Positions 52,218-60,258 of a stretch of DNA of 64,000 nt are shown here, one piece after another. Source of the DNA: Elusimicrobia bacterium GWA2_61_42 (GTDB lineage Bacteria; Elusimicrobiota; Elusimicrobia; Elusimicrobiales; UBA9959). A program made the translations under genes and the position numbers. Each line of letters opens with the position of its first letter. Position 1 is the stretch's first letter. The notes below the pieces were generated by a model, which was not told the DNA's origin, did no database searches, and saw only the letters and a program-made list of their open reading frames with translations. The stretch spans positions 194,749-258,748 of the forward strand of contig MGTU01000008.1 of assembly GCA_001799615.1 (NCBI GenBank), in the 5' to 3' direction.

Positions 52218-52231
52218 TTGACTTTGGTCAT
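52218..52231. promoter_or_regulatory. Near-perfect (9/10) copy of the TTGAC-N4-GTCAA palindrome
   Basis: TTGACTTTGGTCAT. The reverse complement of 52216-52230 is identical over 15 nt to 18437-18451 (TGACCAAAGTCAACC). Confidence 0.45.
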
Positions 52232-52329
52232 AGGCATTACGGCCTATGTCGCCGGGGGACTTTAGCACCATACCCAAACCCCGTCGATAATGTAGAATTT
52301 AGACAGCAGTTAAAGTTACAGGAGGAAGA

Positions 52330-53190
52330 ATGATGAAAAAATTATCCCTGATAGCGGCCGCCATGCTGTGCGCCTCGTCGGTCAGCGCCGCGGAACTCTC
52401 TTACCTTTCCGCCGGCTCCATAAAGTCTTTGCAGATAGCGGTGCCCGCGCCGGTCCTCGAAACCGAAACCGCCAAGTGCGACCACGTCTCCGGCGAAATA
52501 ACCCAGCTGCACCTGCTGGCCCAGGCCTCCAAGAGCCAGCTCTTCTCCTTCGCCGACACCGAGGCCCAGTTCAACGAATTCAAGGCGATGTGGCAGCCCA
52601 TCCTCGAGAAATTCGGCATGAAAGTGACCTCCGCCGAGTACAAAGACAATTTCGGCGTCATCAAGTACGAATCTCCCGACGGCCGCGTAGTCCGCGAGTT
52701 CATGGGCGAGCGCATGAACTACGACGCCCTGAGCGCCGAAGCCATGAAGAAAGAGCAGCACATGCTGCTTGAGTCCCTCGAGAAGTCCGGCCTCACCCCC
52801 GTGGCCGCCTTCACGATAAAGCACGCGGCGTTCCGCCCCACGTTCAACGTTTACTACCTGACCAAGGCTGACGAGAACCAGGACCACGAAACGCAGCTGC
52901 GCCAGCTCAAGAACGGCGAAGACATCGACTTCGACCTGCTGGCCGGCGCCGTGACCCTGGTAGAGAAGGACGCCTCCTTTTCCATGGTCTACATCGGCAA
53001 GCTGCTCGGTTCCAAGAGCAAACTGGCCGCTGACGAAGCGGGCATAGCGGCCAAGCTGGCCGATTACAAAAAATTCCTGGCCGAGAACAAGAAAGAATTC
53101 ATCGCCGCCAAAACGGTCAAGCTGGACGAGCCTTTCACGATAGGCGAGCACACCTACAAGTACTTCGTCAACATCTACTTCTTCCAATAA
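52330..53190 (+). CDS. Hypothetical secreted protein
   Basis: Signal peptide MMKKLSLIAAAMLCASSVSA with GGAGG upstream. 286 aa. No recognisable motif. Followed by a strong terminator. Confidence 0.65.
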   Translation: MMKKLSLIAAAMLCASSVSAAELSYLSAGSIKSLQIAVPAPVLETETAKCDHVSGEITQLHLLAQASKSQLFSFADTEAQFNEFKAMWQPILEKFGMKVTSAEYKDNFGVIKYESPDGRVVREFMGERMNYDALSAEAMKKEQHMLLESLEKSGLTPVAAFTIKHAAFRPTFNVYYLTKADENQDHETQLRQLKNGEDIDFDLLAGAVTLVEKDASFSMVYIGKLLGSKSKLAADEAGIAAKLADYKKFLAENKKEFIAAKTVKLDEPFTIGEHTYKYFVNIYFFQ

Positions 53191-53214
53191 CGGAGAAGTT
53201 TAGCAGCCAGAAAA

Positions 53215-53245
53215 GCCCGCCGGCTAAAACCGGCGGGTTTTTTTT
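53215..53245 (+). terminator. Intrinsic terminator
   Basis: CCCGCCGG ctaaaa CCGGCGGG followed by TTTTTTTT. Confidence 0.85.
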
Positions 53246-53385
53246 GTGTAGCCAAAGTCACACTCTATAATTTGACAGGGGAGTTTTAAATATATTAATT
53301 TGACAGTATATCCTAAGGGGTTAGGGTCGGTTACATCTTAAGAACAGCGCTGAGCTCCATTTGGTCTATTTTTATTGGGGGGCCT

Positions 53386-54678
53386 ATGGCTTTTCCGGGT
53401 AAAGTATTTCTGCCTTTCCGGCTGAAACTGCTGCTTGTCATGCTGACGGCCGCGGGGGCCGGCATTTACTTGAGTTACAGCGGCTTCAGGAACGCGCTGC
53501 GCCCTTTCTCCGAGGGCGAGGCCGGGAACCGGCTGTTTTCCAGCATTGAACTGGCCGGCGCCGTGATAGACGAGGACGTCCGGGCCGCGCTGGAGCGCGC
53601 GCGGCTGACCGCGGCCCGCACCGGGCTCGGGGAACTCCTTGCCAGGTACAACCTCAAAACGCCGCTGCCCTCCGACCCGGCCGACCTGGCCAGGCGGCTG
53701 GCCGGGGCGGCGGCCGGCTCAGACAACCTGACAGGGCTGGACCTGGCGGGAATAAACGGAAAGATAGCGGCCTCCCTTGAAAAGGGCAGGGTAGGGCTGG
53801 ACCTCTCTTCCAGGGCCGACTTCAGGCTTGGACTGAAGAGCCCCTACATCAGCGCGCCCCGCTCCGAGAACGGGACCATTTCTTATGAGATAACCGTTCC
53901 GGTCCCGGCGCCGCCGGGCGCCGGCCCGCGCCCGCTGGGCGCTTTGCGCTGCCGGTTCAAGATCCCGCCCGTCCGCCAGGCCGCCGCACAAACCCTGCGC
54001 GAAAAAGGTTTTATCGTCGCGCTGGCTAAAAAAAGCGGCCAGCACCTGGTACTGGACGAAGGAAAAGGCCCCGCGAGGGAAGTAAGTCTTAAAGCTCTGG
54101 AAGGCGCGCCTTTCCTGCCCGCCCTGTCCGGCAAAGAGGGGGTGTCCTCCATGGACGAGGGAAAGGCCGGCAGAATGCTTTACGGGTGGAGGACCATCCC
54201 CGCGCCCGACTGGATAATCGCCGCCAAAGTTCCCTTCGAGACGAATTCAGCCGGCTCCGCGATGCTGCTGGAGCGGGCGCGGCTGAACTCGCTGCTGGCT
54301 TTCGTTTTCCTGGCGGCCGCCGCTTTTTTCGCCGTAAACCTGCTGGCGGCGCCGCTCTGCGAGGCCGGGCGGCAGGCGGCCGCCCTGCTTGAACAATGCG
54401 GGAAACCGGCGGGCGACAGGAAAGACCTGTGCGAACCGGCTATCCTGGCCAGGGCGATAGAGGAAGCCGCCGGAACTATAAAGGGCCAGGCCTCTCACGA
54501 CATGGAACTGGAGACGGAAACGGAAAAACTGCGCGAAGAGGAAGCCGACCTGAAATCCCAGAACGACGAGCTGGAAAAGCTCAACAAGTACCTGATGGAG
54601 CGCGAGATAAAGATCTCGGAACTTAAGAAAGAGATCGACGACCTGCGGGAGAAAGTAGCTGGAGGGGCGCAGGACTAA
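53386..54678 (+). CDS. Membrane sensor-like protein (TM, periplasmic domain, TM, cytoplasmic coiled coil) with no output domain
   Basis: 430 aa. TM segments at about residues 10-30 and 300-325. The C-terminal heptad-rich LETETEKLREEEADLKSQNDELEKLNKYLMEREIKISELKKEIDDLREK. Confidence 0.7.
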   Translation: MAFPGKVFLPFRLKLLLVMLTAAGAGIYLSYSGFRNALRPFSEGEAGNRLFSSIELAGAVIDEDVRAALERARLTAARTGLGELLARYNLKTPLPSDPADLARRLAGAAAGSDNLTGLDLAGINGKIAASLEKGRVGLDLSSRADFRLGLKSPYISAPRSENGTISYEITVPVPAPPGAGPRPLGALRCRFKIPPVRQAAAQTLREKGFIVALAKKSGQHLVLDEGKGPAREVSLKALEGAPFLPALSGKEGVSSMDEGKAGRMLYGWRTIPAPDWIIAAKVPFETNSAGSAMLLERARLNSLLAFVFLAAAAFFAVNLLAAPLCEAGRQAAALLEQCGKPAGDRKDLCEPAILARAIEEAAGTIKGQASHDMELETETEKLREEEADLKSQNDELEKLNKYLMEREIKISELKKEIDDLREKVAGGAQD

Positions 54679-54681
54679 CCC

Positions 54682-56280
54682 ATGAAGTTCGCCACCAAGA
54701 GCCGGCTTTTCTCCTCCTTCAGGGCGGCCGTCATCCTGGCCGGACTGGGCGGGGCTTACGGCCTCTACAACCGCTTTGAGGCGATAGCCGGCGAAGAAGA
54801 ATACGCGCTGCAGGTGGCCTCCAGGGCGTCGGCGCTGGGAGCGGCGGCCGGCGAAGGAACAGCGAGGGACAAGACCGGGGATTTCCGCGCCAATTACCTG
54901 GCCCTGGGGTCGGCGATAGGCGCCCGCAGCGCGGTCTCCGCGGTCAACCGGGCCGCTTTCACGGAAATACGGGCCAAGTACTACGGCCTGCTGCCTGCTG
55001 CGGAAAACCCCGCGTCCGGAGAACCTGAACCCGGGACGGAAGCCATCCCGGCGGGGACAAGGGAAAAAGCCGCGGCCATCGGCGCCTTCGCCCTGGGAGC
55101 GGCCAGGCGCACCCTGCAGCAGCGCAACCTGCTGCTGGTACAGACCGCGCTGGCCTATTTCTCTATTTTCCTGGTCCTGCTCGCGGCCGAGGGCCTCCAG
55201 TATTACCTGCCCAACGCGTCTTTTTTTACCGAACTGGAGGATTTAAAAGCGAAGCTGCTGCGCGCGGCCGCTCCTTTCATGGGAGCGCCGCTTAAGAGGC
55301 GCGAACTGGAGGAATTGACCGCCGCGGCGGTCGCGCTGGATAAAACCCTGGAGGCCTCGATGCTGGCGCGCATGAAACTGGCCAAGGAAACCGTGCTGCG
55401 CCTGGCCCGCATGAAAACCCAGACCCGCACCCTGGAGCTGACGCGCCGCAAGGTAATGGCGCTGGTGGAGGACCTGGAGAACGTCAGGGGAGAACTACAG
55501 GACGAGAAAAGGGCGCTTAAGCATACCGGGGAAAAGCTCAAGCGCTCCAACAGGGAACTGGAGCAGTTCGCCTATGTGGCCTCGCACGACCTGAAGGAAC
55601 CCCTGCGCATAGTTTCGAGTTTCAGCGGGCTGTTATCCAAACGGTACTCGAACGCCCTGGACAAGGACGCCAAGGACTTTATCCACTACATCGAGGAAGG
55701 CGCCGAGCGGGCCGCCGAGCTGGTGAACGCGCTGTTCAATTACTCCAAGGTCACCTATACGGCGCGGGATTTCGCCCCGGTAGACTGCGGCGTGGCCCTG
55801 AAAAAGGCGATGTTCAACCTGAAGATAACCATAGACGAGCGAAAGGCCGCCGTAAAGTTCGGGGGCTTGCCGTCGGTGCGGGGGGACGAATTCCAGCTTA
55901 TCCAGTTGTTCCAGAACCTGCTGTCGAACGCCCTTAAATTCAACGTTTCCCCGTCCCCGGAAATTACCGTCGAGGCCGCGGAAAGCCCGGGGGAATGGGT
56001 GATAAAGTTCGCGGACAACGGCATAGGCATACCCGCCGAACACTATGAAAGGATCTTCCTTATCTTCCAGCGGCTGCATACGGTGGACAAGTACCCCGGC
56101 GCCGGCATCGGCCTGGCGCTTTGCAAGAAGATCTCTGAGAACCACGGGGGCAGGATCTGGGTGGAGTCGAAGCCGGGCGAAGGGAGCGCGTTCTATATAA
56201 CGTTCCCCGTCATGGCCGGGAGCGGCGGCGGAACGGCGCAGGCCGGGCCGGTTGAAATCACGAAAAAGGCGGTATCATGA
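54682..56280 (+). CDS. Membrane sensor histidine kinase (HisKA + HATPase_c)
   Basis: Two TM segments and a coiled coil. H-box FAYVASHDLKEPLR. N, G1 and G2 boxes (NALKF, DNGIGI, GAGIGLALC). Confidence 0.9.
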   Translation: MKFATKSRLFSSFRAAVILAGLGGAYGLYNRFEAIAGEEEYALQVASRASALGAAAGEGTARDKTGDFRANYLALGSAIGARSAVSAVNRAAFTEIRAKYYGLLPAAENPASGEPEPGTEAIPAGTREKAAAIGAFALGAARRTLQQRNLLLVQTALAYFSIFLVLLAAEGLQYYLPNASFFTELEDLKAKLLRAAAPFMGAPLKRRELEELTAAAVALDKTLEASMLARMKLAKETVLRLARMKTQTRTLELTRRKVMALVEDLENVRGELQDEKRALKHTGEKLKRSNRELEQFAYVASHDLKEPLRIVSSFSGLLSKRYSNALDKDAKDFIHYIEEGAERAAELVNALFNYSKVTYTARDFAPVDCGVALKKAMFNLKITIDERKAAVKFGGLPSVRGDEFQLIQLFQNLLSNALKFNVSPSPEITVEAAESPGEWVIKFADNGIGIPAEHYERIFLIFQRLHTVDKYPGAGIGLALCKKISENHGGRIWVESKPGEGSAFYITFPVMAGSGGGTAQAGPVEITKKAVS

Positions 56281-56774
56281 GGAAAACCCATAAAAATGCC
56301 AGGCTGCTCGAAATACTGGTGGTGGAGGATAACCCGGCGGATATACGCTTTATGAGCGAGATCTTCAAGGAAGGCCGGCTGGCCAACAGGGTCACCGCCA
56401 TGCGGGACGGCGAAGCGGCGCTGCGCTACCTGCGCGGCGAAGGGGAATTCGAGGGCGCCGTAAAGCCGGACCTGGTGCTGCTGGACCTGAACATGCCGGG
56501 CAAGGACGGCCGCCAGGTCCTGGAGGAGATCCGCAACGATCCGCTGCTCACGCACCTGCCGGTCATAATACTCACGACCTCCTCGGCCATGCAGGACGTC
56601 AGCCTGAGCTACGACCTGAAGGCCAACTCCTACATGGTAAAACCGGCGGACCTGGGCCAGCTGATCAAGGTGGGCATGTGCCTCGACAACGTCGGGCTCG
56701 GCCTGGTGGCGGCCCCGGCTCCGGCGGTCAAGCCCCGCCGGCGCGGCAAGCAGACCGGGAAGGCGGACGACTGA
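56277..56774 (+). CDS. Single-domain response regulator (CheY/Rcp1-like)
   Basis: ILVVEDNPADIRF...DLVLLDLNMPGKDG...YMVKP are receiver motifs. Basic Pro/Ala-rich tail. Confidence 0.9.
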   Translation: MRKTHKNARLLEILVVEDNPADIRFMSEIFKEGRLANRVTAMRDGEAALRYLRGEGEFEGAVKPDLVLLDLNMPGKDGRQVLEEIRNDPLLTHLPVIILTTSSAMQDVSLSYDLKANSYMVKPADLGQLIKVGMCLDNVGLGLVAAPAPAVKPRRRGKQTGKADD

Positions 56775-58588
56775 TGGAGCAAACCCAGAACATAAACATC
56801 CTTGTCGTAGAGGACAACCCGTATGACGCCAAGATCATAACGGAGCTTTTCCGCGACATAAAGAACGGAAGCGGGTTCCGCCTGTCGTTCGCGGAAACAC
56901 TGGAGAAAGCCGGCGTCGCCGCGCGGGCAGACCCGCCGCCGGACATCCTGCTGCTGGACCTGAACCTGCCGGACTCGTACGGGCCGGACACGCTGGGCCG
57001 CGCGGCCGGGATGTTCCCGGACCTGCCTATCATAATCATGACCGGCTTTTACGAGGAGCACCTGGGCCTGGACCTGATAAAAAAAGGCGCCCAGGACTAC
57101 CTGGTGAAGGGAAAGATCACCGGCGACTGGCTCGCCTATTCCATAAAATATTCGGTGGAGCGCGCCAAGATAGAGCGCAAGCTGAAGCAGCGCGAGAGCC
57201 GGCTGGAAGGCATCCTGGAAAAAAGTCCAGACGGCGTAGTCGTGATCCGGCGGGACGGCAGGGTGCTGTTCGTCAACCACGGCGCCGAAGTTATCTTCGG
57301 GCACCCGCGCAAAGAACTGATGAAGCAGCCGTTTTCGCTGGAGGCAGACCCCGAAAAGACCGTACAGACGGAGCTGCGCCGCCTCGACGGCAAGAAAGTG
57401 CCGCTGGAGATCAGGGCGGTGGAACTGATCTGGGACGCCGAGCCCTGCCGCCTGGTCATCCTGCGCGACCTGAGCCCGGTGCGCACGCTGGAAAGCAGCA
57501 GGGACGAGTTCATCTCCATGATCTCCCACGAACTGCGCGCCCCGCTAACCGTGGTAAAGGAGTCTTTGGACCTGGTCTGCGACGGAGCCGTAGGCGAAGT
57601 GACCGACCGGCAGAAGGAAATTTTAAAGATAGGCATAGAGAATTCTCTGCGCCTGAACCGGCTGATAGACGCGCTGCTCAATATTACCAAGATGGAAGCC
57701 GGCGTGATGCCTCTCGACGTGGCCAAGGCGGACCTTGGCCTGCTGCTGGAGGAAACCGAGAAGGACTACGGGCATCTGGCCGCGGGGCGCAGGATCCGGC
57801 TGGTCAAACAGCTGCCCCAAGCGCCGCTGTTCACCTACTGCGACAAGGAAAAAGTGCGCGAAGTGGTGGTCAACCTGGTCTCCAACGCGCTCAAGTTCAC
57901 CCCGGAAAACGGGGAGATCGCCCTTTCCCTGCGCCCCTGGGAAGGGGAGGCGCTGATCTGCGTGGAGGACACCGGCCCCGGGATCGAGCCGGAAGACATC
58001 CCGCGCCTTTTCAATAAGTTCTCGCAGGTGGGCGGCAAGCGCCCGGCGGGCGTAAAAGGGACCGGCCTGGGGCTGGCTATCTCCAAGGGCATAGTAGAGC
58101 TGCACGGCGGACGCATCTGGGCCGAAAGCACGCCGGGCACGGGCAGCAAGTTCTACGTGCTGCTGCCGGTGCAGCCTTTCGACGCCGCCCTTAAAGGGGT
58201 GATAAAGAGAGAGATAGAGATGGCGGCCGCCCGCAACCGGAATTTCTGCGTTATCGACGTTAACTTTTCCGGGCGCACGCTCAAGGGAAACCCGAGGGCG
58301 CAGGAACTGTGCGCCAGGGGAGAAACCTTTCTTAAAAGCAATATGCGCAACTCGCACGCGATACTGAAAAGAGAGGAGGGGGATTTCACGCTGGTGATAG
58401 CCAACGCCGACCCCCGGGAAGGCTGCCGGGCGTGCACCTTCGTAGAAAAAGGGCTGGCCGACATCGCCGGCCTGGACCCCGCGCTTACCTCCGACCTGAC
58501 CTCCATGCTCTCCTACCCCGTGGATTTCAGGGACGAGGAGACTTTTATAAAGAAGATGGCGGCGGTCAGGGAGAAAGTGAATGCCTAA
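56774..58588 (+). CDS. Hybrid receiver-PAS-histidine kinase with an extra C-terminal degenerate GGDEF-like domain
   Basis: ILVVEDNPYDAK...LLLDLNLPDS receiver, a PAS-like segment (ILEKSPDGVVVIRRDGRVLFVN), H-box ISHELRAPLT, and HATPase (DTGPGI, GTGLGLAI), followed by about 140 additional aa. The start is MEQTQNINI at 56774, not the track's 56678. Confidence 0.88.
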   Translation: MEQTQNINILVVEDNPYDAKIITELFRDIKNGSGFRLSFAETLEKAGVAARADPPPDILLLDLNLPDSYGPDTLGRAAGMFPDLPIIIMTGFYEEHLGLDLIKKGAQDYLVKGKITGDWLAYSIKYSVERAKIERKLKQRESRLEGILEKSPDGVVVIRRDGRVLFVNHGAEVIFGHPRKELMKQPFSLEADPEKTVQTELRRLDGKKVPLEIRAVELIWDAEPCRLVILRDLSPVRTLESSRDEFISMISHELRAPLTVVKESLDLVCDGAVGEVTDRQKEILKIGIENSLRLNRLIDALLNITKMEAGVMPLDVAKADLGLLLEETEKDYGHLAAGRRIRLVKQLPQAPLFTYCDKEKVREVVVNLVSNALKFTPENGEIALSLRPWEGEALICVEDTGPGIEPEDIPRLFNKFSQVGGKRPAGVKGTGLGLAISKGIVELHGGRIWAESTPGTGSKFYVLLPVQPFDAALKGVIKREIEMAAARNRNFCVIDVNFSGRTLKGNPRAQELCARGETFLKSNMRNSHAILKREEGDFTLVIANADPREGCRACTFVEKGLADIAGLDPALTSDLTSMLSYPVDFRDEETFIKKMAAVREKVNA

Positions 58589-58973
58589 AATACTCCTCAT
58601 AGAGGACGAGGCCCAGCATATACTGCTGGTAAAGATACGGCTGGAAATACGGGGGTTCGAAGTAGCCGTGGCCCAGACCGGGGCGGACGGCCTGAAGGCG
58701 GCCCAGAAGATGAAGCCTGACCTGGTGCTGCTGGACCTGATGCTGCCGGATATGGAGCCGGCGGAGATCATCCGCGGCTTGCGCTCCATCCCCGGCGTCA
58801 GGAAGACGCCTATAATCGCTTTCACCAAACTGGACGCCTTCGAAGTGCACCGCGGGAGCCTGAACGCGGAAATAGCGGAATTCATCCCCAAGCCCTACGA
58901 GACTACCGAACTGCTGGAAAAAATAAACAAGTTCCTTAAAAAGCCGAAAAACGGGGCCAAGCCGGAGAGTTAA
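58581..58973 (+). CDS. Single-domain response regulator
   Basis: MPKILLIEDE...DLVLLDLMLPDM...FIPKP are receiver motifs. Overlaps the hybrid kinase end by 8 nt. Confidence 0.88.
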   Translation: MPKILLIEDEAQHILLVKIRLEIRGFEVAVAQTGADGLKAAQKMKPDLVLLDLMLPDMEPAEIIRGLRSIPGVRKTPIIAFTKLDAFEVHRGSLNAEIAEFIPKPYETTELLEKINKFLKKPKNGAKPES

Positions 58974-59527
58974 AGCCCCAGGTCGGGCGCTATGGCGCGC
59001 ATCGCGTCCAGGGAAAGCTGAACGAATTCATCCAGCTGAAGTCCCATGGCTTCGCATTCCAGGATGATAGCCCGGTCCACCGAGGCGGCAAAACGCTTGT
59101 CCTTCATCCTCTTGGTTACCGAGGAAGCTTTCACGCTGGCCAGCTTGCGGTCCGGGTAGACCAGGGCCGTGGCCGTTATCAGGCCCGTGACCGTTTCCCC
59201 GGCGGCCAGCGCCGTATGGAAGAGCTCGCTGCGCTTTCTGCCGCCGTGGACCGCCTCGTTATGCAGTTTAACGGCTTCTATGAGGCCGGCGGGCAGGCCG
59301 TGCGCGTTAAGGATGCGCTCCGCCTCCAGCGTATGGCGCGAGAGGTCTCCGGCGGTAAGCTCAACGTCGATATCGTGCAGCAGCCCCGCCAGGCCCCAGA
59401 GTTCCGGGTCGGCGCCCAGCCGGACGGCCAGCGCCCTCAGGACGGCCTCCGAAGCGAGGCAGTGCTTAACAAGGTTCTCGTTCTTAACGTGCGCCCGCAG
59501 AAGTTCCAAAGCCTTTTCTCTTTCCAT
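58970..59527 (-). CDS. HD/HDIG-domain phosphohydrolase
   Basis: 185 aa. VKHCLASEAV...GLLHDIDVE is the H...HD motif. Confidence 0.8.
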   Translation of the reverse strand: MEREKALELLRAHVKNENLVKHCLASEAVLRALAVRLGADPELWGLAGLLHDIDVELTAGDLSRHTLEAERILNAHGLPAGLIEAVKLHNEAVHGGRKRSELFHTALAAGETVTGLITATALVYPDRKLASVKASSVTKRMKDKRFAASVDRAIILECEAMGLQLDEFVQLSLDAMRAIAPDLGL

Positions 59528-59652
59528 TAGTCGCTCCCTTTCGCCGCGGCCGTAATTGAGTCTTTACTAAAATTATAGAATATCGGCAGGGCCGGTCAGA
59601 ACACGCCGGCGCTGCTTTTTTTATAGAATGAAGAGAGGACGGAGGGACCGCA

Positions 59653-60195
59653 ATGATAAAATGTTACGCGAAGCTGTTCGGGCTGCTTAGTTTTTTCTTT
59701 TTCCTGGGGACGCTGGCCGCTAACCTCAACATGTTCGAGGGAACCGACTCCATCCTGGAGGGATTGCTTTCGAGCCTGTTCTTCGGGGCGGTCACGGCCG
59801 CGGTGATAGGCACCATGCACATTAACCGGGTGCGCGCGCTGGCCGGCGGAAGACGGGAGGGGGATATCTACGCCGCCAGCCAGACGGCGGAAGTTCGCCT
59901 GCCCGTGGATCCCATCCGGGCCTTCCACCTGGTCTCGCACTATTTCCGGGAAGTGGCCCGCTTCGAGGTTACCGGTTCCGACCAGATAGGGGGCAGGATC
60001 TCGGCCCGCACCCCGCTGGTCCTGTTCAAAACCCTGGGCAATACCGTCACGGCGGAACTGCGCGCCCAAGAGGGCGGAACCCTGGTGATCCTGAGCTCCT
60101 CCCCCGTGCTGACGAGCGGGATCCCCGACTACGGCACGACCCTTAAAATAATCATGGACGCCGAGAATTTCCTGAAAGCGGGCGCCCGCCGCTGA
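59653..60195 (+). CDS. Hypothetical membrane-anchored protein
   Basis: 180 aa with two N-terminal hydrophobic spans, then a soluble domain. No motif recognised. Confidence 0.5.
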   Translation: MIKCYAKLFGLLSFFFFLGTLAANLNMFEGTDSILEGLLSSLFFGAVTAAVIGTMHINRVRALAGGRREGDIYAASQTAEVRLPVDPIRAFHLVSHYFREVARFEVTGSDQIGGRISARTPLVLFKTLGNTVTAELRAQEGGTLVILSSSPVLTSGIPDYGTTLKIIMDAENFLKAGARR

Positions 60196-60210
60196 TCCCC
60201 TGGCAAAAGA

Positions 60211-60241
60211 AAAGGCCGTTCGCTGGCGAACGGCCTTTTTT
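60211..60241. terminator. Bidirectional intrinsic terminator between convergent genes
   Basis: GGCCGTTCGC tg GCGAACGGCC, flanked by AAAA upstream and TTTTTT downstream. Confidence 0.85.
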
Positions 60242-60258
60242 ATTGCGGCGGGGCGGGC

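Noticed and set aside
52281-52299. A second Fur box candidate, GATAATGTAGAATTTAGAC, upstream of gene 52330.
   Set aside because: Only about 10 of 19 positions match the consensus and the symmetric half is missing. It is most likely just AT-rich promoter DNA (it contains TAGAAT).
53246-53263. A CRP-type site, GTGTA-N8-TCACAC, upstream of the sensor cluster.
   Set aside because: The spacing between TGTG and CACA is 10 nt rather than the 8 nt of the TGTGA-N6-TCACA consensus, and the inner half-site bases do not match.
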